DNA of 64,000 nucleotides from positions 23,312,001 through 23,376,000 of the forward strand of contig CM059440.1 of NCBI GenBank assembly GCA_030390025.1, written 5' to 3'. Shown one piece after another: positions 50,812 to 64,000 of this stretch. This stretch comes from Squalus acanthias (Eukaryota). A model generated the notes under the pieces. It was not told where the DNA came from. It searched no databases and saw only the letters and a list, made by a program, of their open reading frames with translations. Made by a program: the position numbers and the translations under genes. Numbering within the stretch: position 1 is the stretch's first letter; every line of letters begins with the position of its first letter.

Positions 50812-53373
50812 GTCATGTATATAAAGGGAGAGGATCATATTGTACATGAAAGGCCAGCATTACTGCACTGTGATTATGCTGTACATACACGGGTTTACAT
50901 TATACAGAAATGGGAAGGAATCATATTATACACAGTGGAGGGGTCACACTATACAGAATGGGGGCACAGTGCAGCACCTGCCAAGGTAGGAAAACATCCC
51001 AAGGTGCTTCACATAAGCGTAATCAAACAAAAATGGATGCTGAACAAAGGAGGAGACATTAGGAGGAGTGACTAAAAGCTTGGTCAAAGAGGTGAGCATT
51101 AAGGAGGGTCTTAAAAGAGGAGCGGTGGAGAGGTTTAGGGAGGGAATTCCAGGCTGGGACAGCTAAAGGCACGGCCACCAATGGCAGGGTGAAGTGGGTG
51201 GGGTTACACAAGAGATTACAATCTACTGTTAGTTCAAATTATCTGACAATTCAATTTTGAGCGCGAAATCCCTACTGTTATTTACGTTGCTTAATTCAAG
51301 TTAGTGCAAGATATATGAGTGAATGATCAGGAGTAAAACATATGCACAAAAGGCAGAGTCATATTATACTCAAAGGATGGAGTCACACTAGACACATGGC
51401 AGAGTTACACTCTACACAAGTGGCAGCACCTTATATAAATTTAGGGGGCGTGAGTCACATTATACATAAGGATAGTCACATTACAACACAAATGATGTTA
51501 TACACAAAGGGGGAGTGTTTAGATTATATACAAAACAGTGACATATTACAGCAGAAAGGAGGCACATTACATACCATACAGGTCGCAGTGTAGACAGACA
51601 TAACAATCTTCTTTTGCTTTTATTATGACTCAGTTATTTTATCCAGCTCACAGTAAATGTTTAACCTGTGAGGGCCTGATGTTTGTCTTCATTGCCATAC
51701 AATCTCACCCATGATCAGTGAACGAGCTCCAACTTCAGAACAAATCTACCGACTGGGTCCTTAACTCTACCTCAGTCCAGAGATACAACCTACAGGCAGA
51801 CTGACTAACCCATAATATTCAAAGCAAATTGTCTGTACCGAGTAGATTGCTGGGCCACCCAAACACAGTATTAGCCTTACGGAAAAGAGATAACTTTGAA
51901 TATTATAGACATGAGCAGAAAACGGAGTGCTGGGAATACACAGTAAGTTGGTTAGCATCTTAAAGATAAGACACATTAACATTTCAGGAGGGCCCCCATC
52001 ATTGGAACCCTTGAATTTTATAATTGCAAGACAAGAAGGCCCTTCAGTTTGCGTGACCCCAAATATCAGCCCTACCATGTCACCACTACTGCACTGAGAT
52101 GTTTTCTAAATGAGTCGTGTCCTACTCTCAAATCACCTTCCGTGTCAGGATTATTTTCTCTATTCCATTACGTAGCTAAAATACTTCTAGAAGGTGCCCT
52201 CTGTGATGTCCGTGTCTGAGGCCAAAGAGCTCGCATTTATCAAGTTATTCCTCACAACTCATCCCTCTGACATCTCCTTTGCACTGCCTCCAATGCCCAG
52301 ATGGCCCCCTTATGACACAAAAACTAAATCTATACCCAGTACTCCAGGTGCAGCCTGAGCAGAGCTGTATCCAGTACTCCAGGTGCAGCCTGCCCAGTTT
52401 CAGCATTGCCTCTGGGGATTTGAACTCACTAATTTGATATTATCCAGTATTTACCTTGTTTAGTGCTGCCTCATACTGTTTACACATGGCGAATGACCAA
52501 TCAACTCACACCCCTGGTTCTCGTTCACTTCCCACTTTGCAAGTTTCATCGCACCCCTGGGGTACACGTGCTGCCAGTGTTTGCTTCCAATATCTGCTAC
52601 CTTACATTAGAGTATATTGAACTTCACTCACCACTGATCACTCGGGTGTAAACCCAATCATACAGCCTACAGAAAATCTTGACTGCCTCCTGAGCCCACA
52701 GTCCTGCCCTGCAAATTTAATGATCTTGCATGGAGACAGCAATCCCAGGGCATTCATGTGTACCAGGAACAGGAGGGATCCCAGCACAGAACCCTGGGGT
52801 ACATCCTTCAATACCTGCCCTACTGCAACCTAGTTCCCTTATGACTATGCCAGTTATTAATCCCAGTCCATACCTTACCCTTGATACCCACTTAGATTGT
52901 AAAGGCAGAGTAGATAGAAACAGCCTGTTCTCAGTGACTGAACGAGGAGACATAGATATCATTTTAAATGTAAGAGATTTAGGAGAAAGCATTAGAAACG
53001 TTTATATACAGATGGTTTAAGGAGTATACTACCAGAGTTAGTGATTGAAGCAAAGACCATTCCAACATTTAAGAATAGATTAGACAGGTGGTTTAAGGAA
53101 AGCGGGATATAAGAAGATGGGATTAGAACTACTGCCCACGTGGAGGATAAACACCAACACGAACTGGTTCGGCCGAACAGCCTGTTTCCATGTTATAATT
53201 TCTATGTAATTTTGGGAGCCTCCCAACTTGCAACATCACTCCCTCCAAAAAATCAAGAGGTTGATCGGGGAAGACCTGCCCCTGCTAAATCTATGTTGGC
53301 TGCCATTTATTGGGCTATTGTCATATAGGTACTGTTCTATTGTGGTTATTAGTTTTCTGGTTATTGAGGTTAA

Positions 53374-55139
53374 GCTAATGGGGATCAGTTACCAGGTATG
53401 GTTCTGCTAATGGGGATCAGTTACCAGGTATGGTTCTGCTAATGGGGATCAGTTACCAGGTATGGTCCTGCTAATGGGGCTTAGTTACCAGGTATGGTTC
53501 TGCTAATGGGGCTCTAGTTACCAGGTATGGTTCTGCTAATGGGGCTCTAGTTACCAGGTATGGTCCTGCTAATGGGGCTCTAGTTACCAGGTATGGTTCT
53601 GCTAATGGGGCTCTAGTTACCAGGTATGGTCCTGCTAATGGGGCTTAGTTACCAGGTATGGTTCTGCTAATGGGGCTTAGTTACCAGGTATGGTCCTGCT
53701 AATGGGGCTTAGTTACCAGGTATGGTCCTGCTAATGGGGCTTAGTTACCAGGTATGGTCCTGCTAATGGGGCTTAGTTACCAGGTATGGTTCTGCTAATG
53801 GGGCTTAGTTACCAGGTATGGTCCTGCTAATGGGGCTTAGTTACCAGGTATGGTTCTGCTAATGGGGCTTAGTTACCAGGTATGGTTCTGCTAATGGGGC
53901 TTAGTTACCAGGTATGGTTCTGCTAATGGGGATCAGTTACCAGGTATGGTTCTGCTAATGGGGCTCTAGTTACCAGGTATGGTTCTGCTAATGGGGCTTA
54001 GTTACCAGGTATGGTTCTGCTAATGGGGCTTAGTTACCAGGTATGGTTCTGCTAATGGGGATCAGTTACCAGGTATGGTTCTGCTAATGGGGCTCTAGTT
54101 ACCAGGTATGGTTCTGCTAATGGGGCTTAGTTACCAGGTATGGTTCTGCTAATGGGGCTTAGTTACTAGGTATGGTCCTGCTAATGGGGATCAGTTACCA
54201 GGTATGGTTCTGCTAATGGGGCTTAGTTACCAGGTATGGTTCTGCTAATGGGGATCAGTTACCAGGTATGGTTCTGCTAATGGGGCTTAGTTACCAGGTA
54301 TGGTTCTGCTTATGGGGATCAGTTACCAGGTATGGTTCTGCTAATGGGGATCAGTTACCAGGTATGGTCCTGCTAATGGGGATCAGTTACCAGGTATGGT
54401 CCTGCTAATGGGGATCAGTTACCAGGTATGGTTCTGCTAATGGGGATCAGTTACCAGGTATGGTCCTGCTAATGGGGATCAGTTACCAGGTATGGTCCTG
54501 CTAATGGGGATCAGTTACCAGGTATGGTTCTGCTAATGGGGCTTAGTTACCAGGTATGGTTCTGCTAATGGGGATCAGTTACCAGGTATGGTTCTGCTAA
54601 TGGGGCTTAGTTACCAGGTATGGTTCTGCTAATGGGGATCAGTTACCAGGTATGGTTCTGCTAATGGGGATCAGTTACCAGGTATGGTTCTGCTAATGGG
54701 GCTTAGTTACCAGGTATGGTCCTGCTAATGGGGATCAGTTACCAGGTATGGTCCTGCTAATGGGGATCAGTTACCAGGTATGGTCCTGCTAATGGGGATC
54801 AGTTACCAGGTATGGTTCTGCTAATGGGGCTTAGTTACCAGGTATGGTTCTGCTAATGGGGATCAGTTACCAGGTATGGTTCTGCTAATGGGGCTTAGTT
54901 ACCAGGTATGGTTCTGCTAATGGGGCTTAGTTACCAGGTATGGTTCTGCTAATGGGGATCAGTTACCAGGTATGGTTCTGCTAATGGGGATCAGTTACCA
55001 GGTATGGTTCTGCTAATGGGGATCAGTTACCAGGTATGGTTCTGCTAATGGGGATCAGTTACCAGGTATGGTTCTGCTAATGGGGATCAGTTACCAGGTA
55101 TGGTTCTGCTAATGGGGATCAGTTACCAGGTATGGTTCT
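53374..55139. repeat. 32-33-bp minisatellite, about 55 copies, embedded in a CR1 fragment
   Basis: Unit gctaatgggg(atc/ctt/ctct)agttaccaggtatggt(t/c)ct. Confidence 0.97.
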
Positions 55140-56036
55140 TGTCACATTGGCCATTTCCATCCTATTCATCGACTCTTTCAGTGCTTCACGAATTTCCTGG
55201 GGTATTGGTCTCCATCCCAGGGGACTGATTGGAGTCCTGGTAGCACCGGAAAAAAAATCTGATCTTTACACAAATCAACATCGAAATTACTTTTAATTTA
55301 ATTTTCTCCGACACGTTTCACATTCACCTGTTCCATTGTTTTTATGCATTTTGTGCCTCTAGCCCACCTCATCCTTACACATTTCACACACATTTCCACA
55401 AGATAACAAAATCAACACAAGTGAGAAAGGAGTTCACGATTAACAGGCATTGTAACAGCTCACACCCCGCTTTACCTGATCTCTCACGCCAATTAGAATC
55501 GCCCAGGTATCCGAGAGCTACCGGCACTGGAGGACATGCGCAACTGACTTCCTGGAGATTTATGGGCATTTACTGTACTTTCCTATGAGGAAGTGGGCAA
55601 TTCAAGGCTATTAGTTATGCGCCAGTTCAGATGGACTTTTTAAGGGTCTTTCCAGCCCAGTTTGTTCTTATGTTACTAACCAATTTCACCCACTGCCCTC
55701 AGAACCCAGCTCTCACTACCAGGTACATATTCCGGCCCCAGGTAATTGAATTTCCTGTTAGACAACAGTGACCCACACGTGACTGGAGCAGGACTGGCTT
55801 GTCCCAACCTTCCAGTTCAAGGAGTATTGTGTAGAGACAACTCCTGCACAGGACAAAGGGGGGAGGAAGTTTGGAGGGGGGGGGTGGGGGTGGCGAAGAG
55901 AGGAATGATGCGAAGAGGCAATTTAACAGCCCTCACATTTAACTACACAAAAAAAATTACAAATTTATAAAACCTCCAGTTCCTTCTGTTGCAATATTAA
56001 ACTTCAATAAAAGGAGGAGCCATGGGAATTTATATT

Positions 56037-56042
56037 TTTAAT
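56037..56042 (-). terminator. Candidate TMEM240 poly(A) signal (ATTAAA)
   Basis: ATTAAA on - strand, with TATAAA variants and a U/GU-rich tract (about 55940-55960) downstream. Confidence 0.35.
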
Positions 56043-56849
56043 GATGGTGGGTTGTACAGAGTACTGTAGACTATTAAATCTTTACACTTGTCCTTAAGTA
56101 ACATCCTGCAGAATTGTACAGTTGTAAATCGCTTCAACGCACGGGGTCTGTGACCTGATTTTGGCCTGAATCCCTTGCCTGGTGATACACACCCGGTCCT
56201 ATCACTAGAAACCACAGCGATTTCGGATCGAAACCTTCCCATTTTCAAATAAAAAGATTCCTCGTGTCTGTCTCACAACAAACACATTCGGGCATTTTAA
56301 AGTCTAAACCGGTAAGAGTAGAATAAACATCTAACTCCGGCTCTGGACGTGGGCCCTCTCGTTCTACAGTGACCCCGGGGCCAACACTTGCCTGGGCCGG
56401 TGCAATGATTTAGGCCGATTGCATTTCACCCACAAATTGTGGATCTTAAAAGTAGCCTTTGAAAGAGACAGGAGTCCCGTTTAGTTTATCAAATTGCACC
56501 GAATCTGGTTTACTGGGGGGGTGGAGGGAGGTCAGTGTTTACAGGCAGGGAGGAGAGTCTGACAACCAATGTGATGGGAAGGTTTGCAAAAAAGTTAAAA
56601 CCAGATTACCAGTGAGTCATCTCCGAGCATCTCTTGGTATAAGTACTCAAAATAAGAAAAGATTACAGAGAAGCAGCCGCTTTGGGCAGTAACCCAGGGT
56701 ATTTACAGAATGTACAGGTCACTCGGACTGCCTGAGGACAGCCGCCATCTCGTCGTGAGGAGCACCGTTTGTTTTTTGATCCGGTTTGAATGCGGTTCGG
56801 AGTCTCCACAGGCTCCTTGTTTCGAGTCCCAGCCACTGCTGGTTGAAGG

Positions 56850-58118
<1,269 letters not shown>

Positions 58119-58398
58119 TCTGACAGCGCGGGATCCAAATAATTCAGACAGGATCAGGACAAATGAGCCACACATTTTAAAATGTTAGAATTTACCTGAA
58201 ACTAATCCCGGGACCAGACTTTTGGATCAAAGTGCCCCCGACCCCCCTAACCTGCAGGGGGGAGATGGGTTAACGTACATTAAAGGAATTTAACGGGAGG
58301 GGCCGAGCTTTGGGGCACAGACCAACCCGCATGCGAAAGCGTCATCCTGTCCCACACGGCTCCTTCCCCGGGTGCTGGGAGCTTTACTCAGGGATCTA

Positions 58399-59688
<1,290 letters not shown>

Positions 59689-59692
59689 TTAC

Positions 59693-59749
59693 CATCACCA
59701 GCGAGGTCCCCAGCAACATGAAGATCATGGTGTTGGCGGTGAGGCGCAT
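59693..59749 (-). CDS. TMEM240: TMEM240 coding exon 1
   Basis: ATG at 59749; MRLTANTMIFMLLGTSLVM|gtaagg; 57 nt; in-frame upstream TGA. Confidence 0.93.
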
Positions 59750-61089
59750 CCAGCGCAGGCTCGGCTTGCTCCCGTCCCCCTGCAGCCTGTCCCCGGGCAC
59801 CGCTCACCCACTGACCCTCTGCCCCCCGGGGGGTGGGGACAGAGTGTGGCCCCACTGCTGGCCGGACCCTTGACCGCTTCTCCCCCTCCTCTCCCTCCTC
59901 CTGGACAGGCAGCGAGCTCCACTCACACTCTCGCTCTCTCTCTATCCACCCCCCTCTTTTCACAGGCGCCACATTGCTGCCGAGGGCTGGCTTTTTCCCT
60001 GCCGCAGTTACAAATTGATCCGCCCCGCACTCGATAAATAATTCAGAGGCAGGGCTTGAGCTGGGGAGGGGTGGGGATGGGGTAAGGAGGCAGACTGTGA
60101 GCTTGAGGAGGAGGAGGAGGGGAGGGGGGGGGGGCTTTGGGGAGGGCTGGCAGCACAAACCCCAAAGGCTGGTATCTCTCTGTCTGTCTGTCTCTGCCCA
60201 CCTTCAGCTGTCCTGCCCGGGAGCCCAGGAGGAGCCACCGCCGCCTGCCCGAGGCTGGTCGGGGCTGCCGAGCCCCCTCGCCGCCTCAGCACGCCCTGTT
60301 CCTGCTGACATTGCAGCTCCCCAGCCCGCTGTGTGTGTGTGTGTGTGTGTGTCTTGCTGCCGATTTGTATTCAGCACCACGTCTGCCTCCCAATCCCAGC
60401 TCGCATTTAACTTTAATCCCACAAATTAGCGTCCTTCTCCCAATGCCCTCCCTACCCAACCCACAGAAAAGATCCTTTAAAAATGTGAAATGAGATTGGA
60501 GAAATAAAGAGACGGGGGGCTGGATTCCGGCCAAGGGTTTTTTTTAATGAAGCTTTTCTTGTTGGATACACTTTGCGCCACCGTCAGATGGAGACTCGTT
60601 CTACAAGAGATTCATTCGGACACATTACAGGACCAGCGCCGAGCAGCGATTCAAACTTAAAATAGACTATAAATTATATACAGATCAGCACTGCAGAGCC
60701 CACCGCACCGCACCGCCCCTCCCCACTCCTCCCCTCAGTAGAAGCAGACGGTGTGAAGGAAGGTCCGGCCGCTCTTCTCCTCCAGCTCCTGGATCAGCTC
60801 GTCGATCTCATTCTCCATGTCCTCGGTGCGCTGAATCTAAACACAGCAAACATGGGAAAGGTGAACATTTATCAGTGAGCGTGTAGGATTGAAGGAGAGG
60901 AGAGTGAGGAAACGAGGGAGGGAGAGAGAAGAGGAGAAGGGGGTAAAAAAGCGGAGAGGAAAAGAGAAGCAGAGGAGTTGGATACGTTAGGAAAATGTTA
61001 CTGGGGCAATGACAGCTCATTCCTTGGCTTACCTTTGCCCTGAATTTTACCAAACTGAAAATTGGTTCAACTGAACTTAAACAAACACA

Positions 61090-61318
61090 ATAAATAAGAG
61101 CAGGAGTAGGCTATTCAGCCCTTCGAGCCTGCTCCACCAGTCAATAAGATCATGGCTGATCTTCACCCTCAACTCCACTTTCCAGTCCTATCCCCATATC
61201 CCTTGATAGCCAAAAATATATTGCTCTCTGTCTTGAATATACTCAATGACTGAGCCTCCACCTTCTGGGGTAGAGAATTCCAAAGATTCACAACCCTCAG
61301 TGCAGAAATTTCTAATCT
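61090..61318 (-). mobile_element. CR1 LINE 3' end
   Basis: RVVNLWNSLPQK...GYGDRTGKWS plus tail. Confidence 0.88.
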
Positions 61319-64000
61319 CAAAAGGGAACTCAAATGAAACAAGAACTGTGCAAAAATTATCTGGACTAGTCCTCGGTTAGTTATTTGGGGGGGGGGCGAC
61401 ATAAATTAAACTACCATTTAAATGCATGCCACCCCCAATACTGAATTTCCCCTCCAGCTTTCCTGCAACCACAAACCCAGCTCCAGTTGAGGGCCTCGCC
61501 TTTCTCCACAGTCTGGTCCTCACTTTAACCATATACACGGGGAGTAAAATCAACAGTGCCAGCTTCATCCAAGGTAGTGCTTGGTCCGAGCTGGGCTCCT
61601 GCCCCAAATCCACTGCCAGAGAGCTCGGATTCAGGGAGTTTCCCCTTGTTGGAATTAAGCCGACAGCAAGTTGTACGTTTGCCCACAGCTGCTTGCCCTT
61701 GGCCTGGCCCAGCTTGCAGTAGCAACGCACGTTCACTTCCATTTTAACATCAATGGACTTGGGGACCAGTCCAACTTCCTCGAGCCTGCTGGCATGGTTG
61801 GTGGCGCCTCTCTCTCGCTCCCCTTTCTCCCCCCTCCCCCCACCATAAAAGATTTAAAACAGAGGGCACTGACAGGAGAAAACAGTAACATTTGAGTGTT
61901 AAACAGCAACAATGCAAGGCAATTACTGCAAGTTTCAAAAGAGCAGTGACTGGATTTTATACAGATAGGAAAGCATAACCTAACTAAGGTCATAGTCCAG
62001 AAAAGAAAATCAGATTTTATATAAAATTACTCAGGTTGCACACGTATGGTAAAGAGCCTCAACCCACCGATCCAGTCAGTGCTGTACTGATTATATACCG
62101 GTAGGATAAAAAAAATACTGAGATATGTATTAGCCTGCAGAATGCATTGTTCATACATTAAATCAGGCACCATGTTTTAACTGGAGGCCACCTCATTGTT
62201 GAAGCACTGAGCTGCTGTGGCCCAGTGCCAGAGGTTAGCTAGGCTGTGCCCCAGCAAGGGTTGCAGGTTCAATGCCCTGACTGCTGAGCTTCTCGCAATG
62301 TTACTGTGGGAAGGGGCTAAACCAGGGCACCAAGCATTTCCCCACAGGGGCAGAAAGGAATCACATGTCTCTACTATGGGCTGATTGTCCCATCTCACAG
62401 CAATGGGCTCAGTGGCTCTTGAACACAGCTGGTAGCAGTGTGGGGAATGCTGAGGGGTGGGAATTTCTCCTTGCAGCAGACCTGCTCTTGATAAAAACTG
62501 CAATAATTTGGCCAAACACATTTCACTCCATAGCCTCCAGTGGGATCTGAATTCGAAGAGATCCTAGAGCTGAGAGCAGTGTTCCTTCCCTTCATGTGGT
62601 GTCTGATGGTTAGACCTCCTATTGGCAGCACAGGAGTTTGCTTGCAGTGGTTTTAGACAATCAGCTTCGAACATTCGCATCTTGTGCGCTGTTACTAGGT
62701 GAGCATAGAATAAATTCAGCTGGGAACAGAGGTGAATGCTTAGCAGTGAAGTAGAATCTCACCACTTTGCCCTCTGAATGGGTTATACTCAAGAACAATT
62801 CTCTTCTGGTGTTACTGCATAACATGGACACCAAATGGCGATTGGGGAATGAATATTCTTTCTGCTGAATGAATCTTGCGTCTGGTTAGACTGGCATCCT
62901 ATAGTTCCACAAGAACTCAAGAGCAGTTTTATTTCTTCCAAGATTTTGGGGCCTTTAGGATTAACATTCCCACACTATGATTATAAACCAAACCATTTAT
63001 AACCTTGATATCCAATGTTGCTGTATAGAATCCAGCCATACCATTCATGTTATTGTTACACAGGAAATGTGGAACAGCAAAAGTTGGGGAGATCAGGTAA
63101 TGAAAGTGAAAGGAGAGCCAAAATTCCAAGAAGCATCTACTGATTTAAAAAAAAGACACTTCAACATCCTGACACCAACAATGCAGCCGATGCATTAACT
63201 GCTTCCAAGGTAAGCTTGCAGGAATCAAACTTACATACTTTTAATCAGATTTGATCGATCAGGGATACACACCTGCAGTAAAAGTGGCAGACAGTTGTGA
63301 CAAAGATGGAGCATTATGCAGAAAATCCTAGTGTTGGGCACTCAATCAGAATAGGAACTGAAAGACTGCCCAGTGTTAATTCTAATCAAAAATAGCCCAC
63401 TTTCTATTGATTGTTCCCCAGTCAAGCCACAGTTGTCTCCTGTAGCATTGCATGCTGAATTGGTGGACCGACCAGAAGGAAATGAGTTGCAGCAAAGCAT
63501 GTTCCACATTCACTACTCCATCAGGTGACAGTAACTATGTAAAATTCTTACGCAATCAGTATTGCAATGTGAACAAATTGTGGCACAGTGTTCAGGAAAC
63601 ATTCACCTGCAAACATTTGGCTGGGTAATTAACACCCGATCCCATTTGGATTCATCGTGGGACGTTATTCTGTGCTGAGCACTGTTTCACATTCTTTCCC
63701 AGTCCTCCCAATACACAAAAGGTGCAAACACTTACACATTGGCACAGTTCACAAATGAGGAAAGCTCCGATTGTGGCTTCTTCATGATTATCCTGAATGT
63801 CCACGTTTATGACATGCACTGACTGGAATGTCTCCTGTTCTCTTGAGTTCAGATCTGGGAAATCACAACATGGGGGCATCAACAAACCACGTTTCACAAG
63901 CAGCTAGGTCAAAGGGTTGGCGAACACAAGGGATGGCCATTTTACCTTCAAGCACCTGATCGTACACACGCTCCTCACAGGTTACTATCATATCAAACTG

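Larger units (their letters stand above)
39240..55545 (-). other. Candidate unrecognised spliced gene (small protein or lncRNA) between TMEM240 and ATAD3A
   Basis: Predicted exons ~55545-55476, 51789-51709, 46544-46525, 46259-46220, 44092-44012, 41359-41252, 39937-~39225; splice phases join into a 98-aa ORF; AATAAA at 39245-39240. No homolog recognised. Confidence 0.45.

Noticed and set aside
48113-55139. Regular 26-32-bp repeats resembling CRISPR arrays
   Set aside because: Head-to-tail units without unique spacers, no cas genes, and a eukaryotic context.
61900-64000. Possible SSU72 3' region expected from synteny
   Set aside because: No SSU72 coding sequence is visible in the window.

Overview
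Vertebrate genomic DNA; the repeat families (CR1 LINE tails, Deu-domain SINEs, Penelope-like termini) point to a cartilaginous fish, probably a shark (inference). The + strand carries the last nine coding exons of ATAD3A (4962-36641). The - strand carries the complete four-exon TMEM240 CDS (59749-56850, 173 aa), tail-to-tail with ATAD3A as on human 1p36.33. Introns and intergenic DNA are full of CR1/L2 LINE fragments, SINEs, MITEs (pogo-, hAT- and Harbinger-like) and several young minisatellites. Two observations stand out. (1) A chain of phase-compatible minus-strand exons between TMEM240 and ATAD3A (about 55.5 kb to 39.2 kb), with promoter-like motifs and a poly(A) signal facing that of ATAD3A, could be an unrecognised gene for a ~98-aa protein or a lncRNA. 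(2) Palindromic Penelope-derived elements carry minimal hammerhead-ribozyme cores, 14-bp target duplications and a shared CATTAATA target core. Exon coordinates were read by hand from splice sites; repeat boundaries are approximate, and no database search was run.
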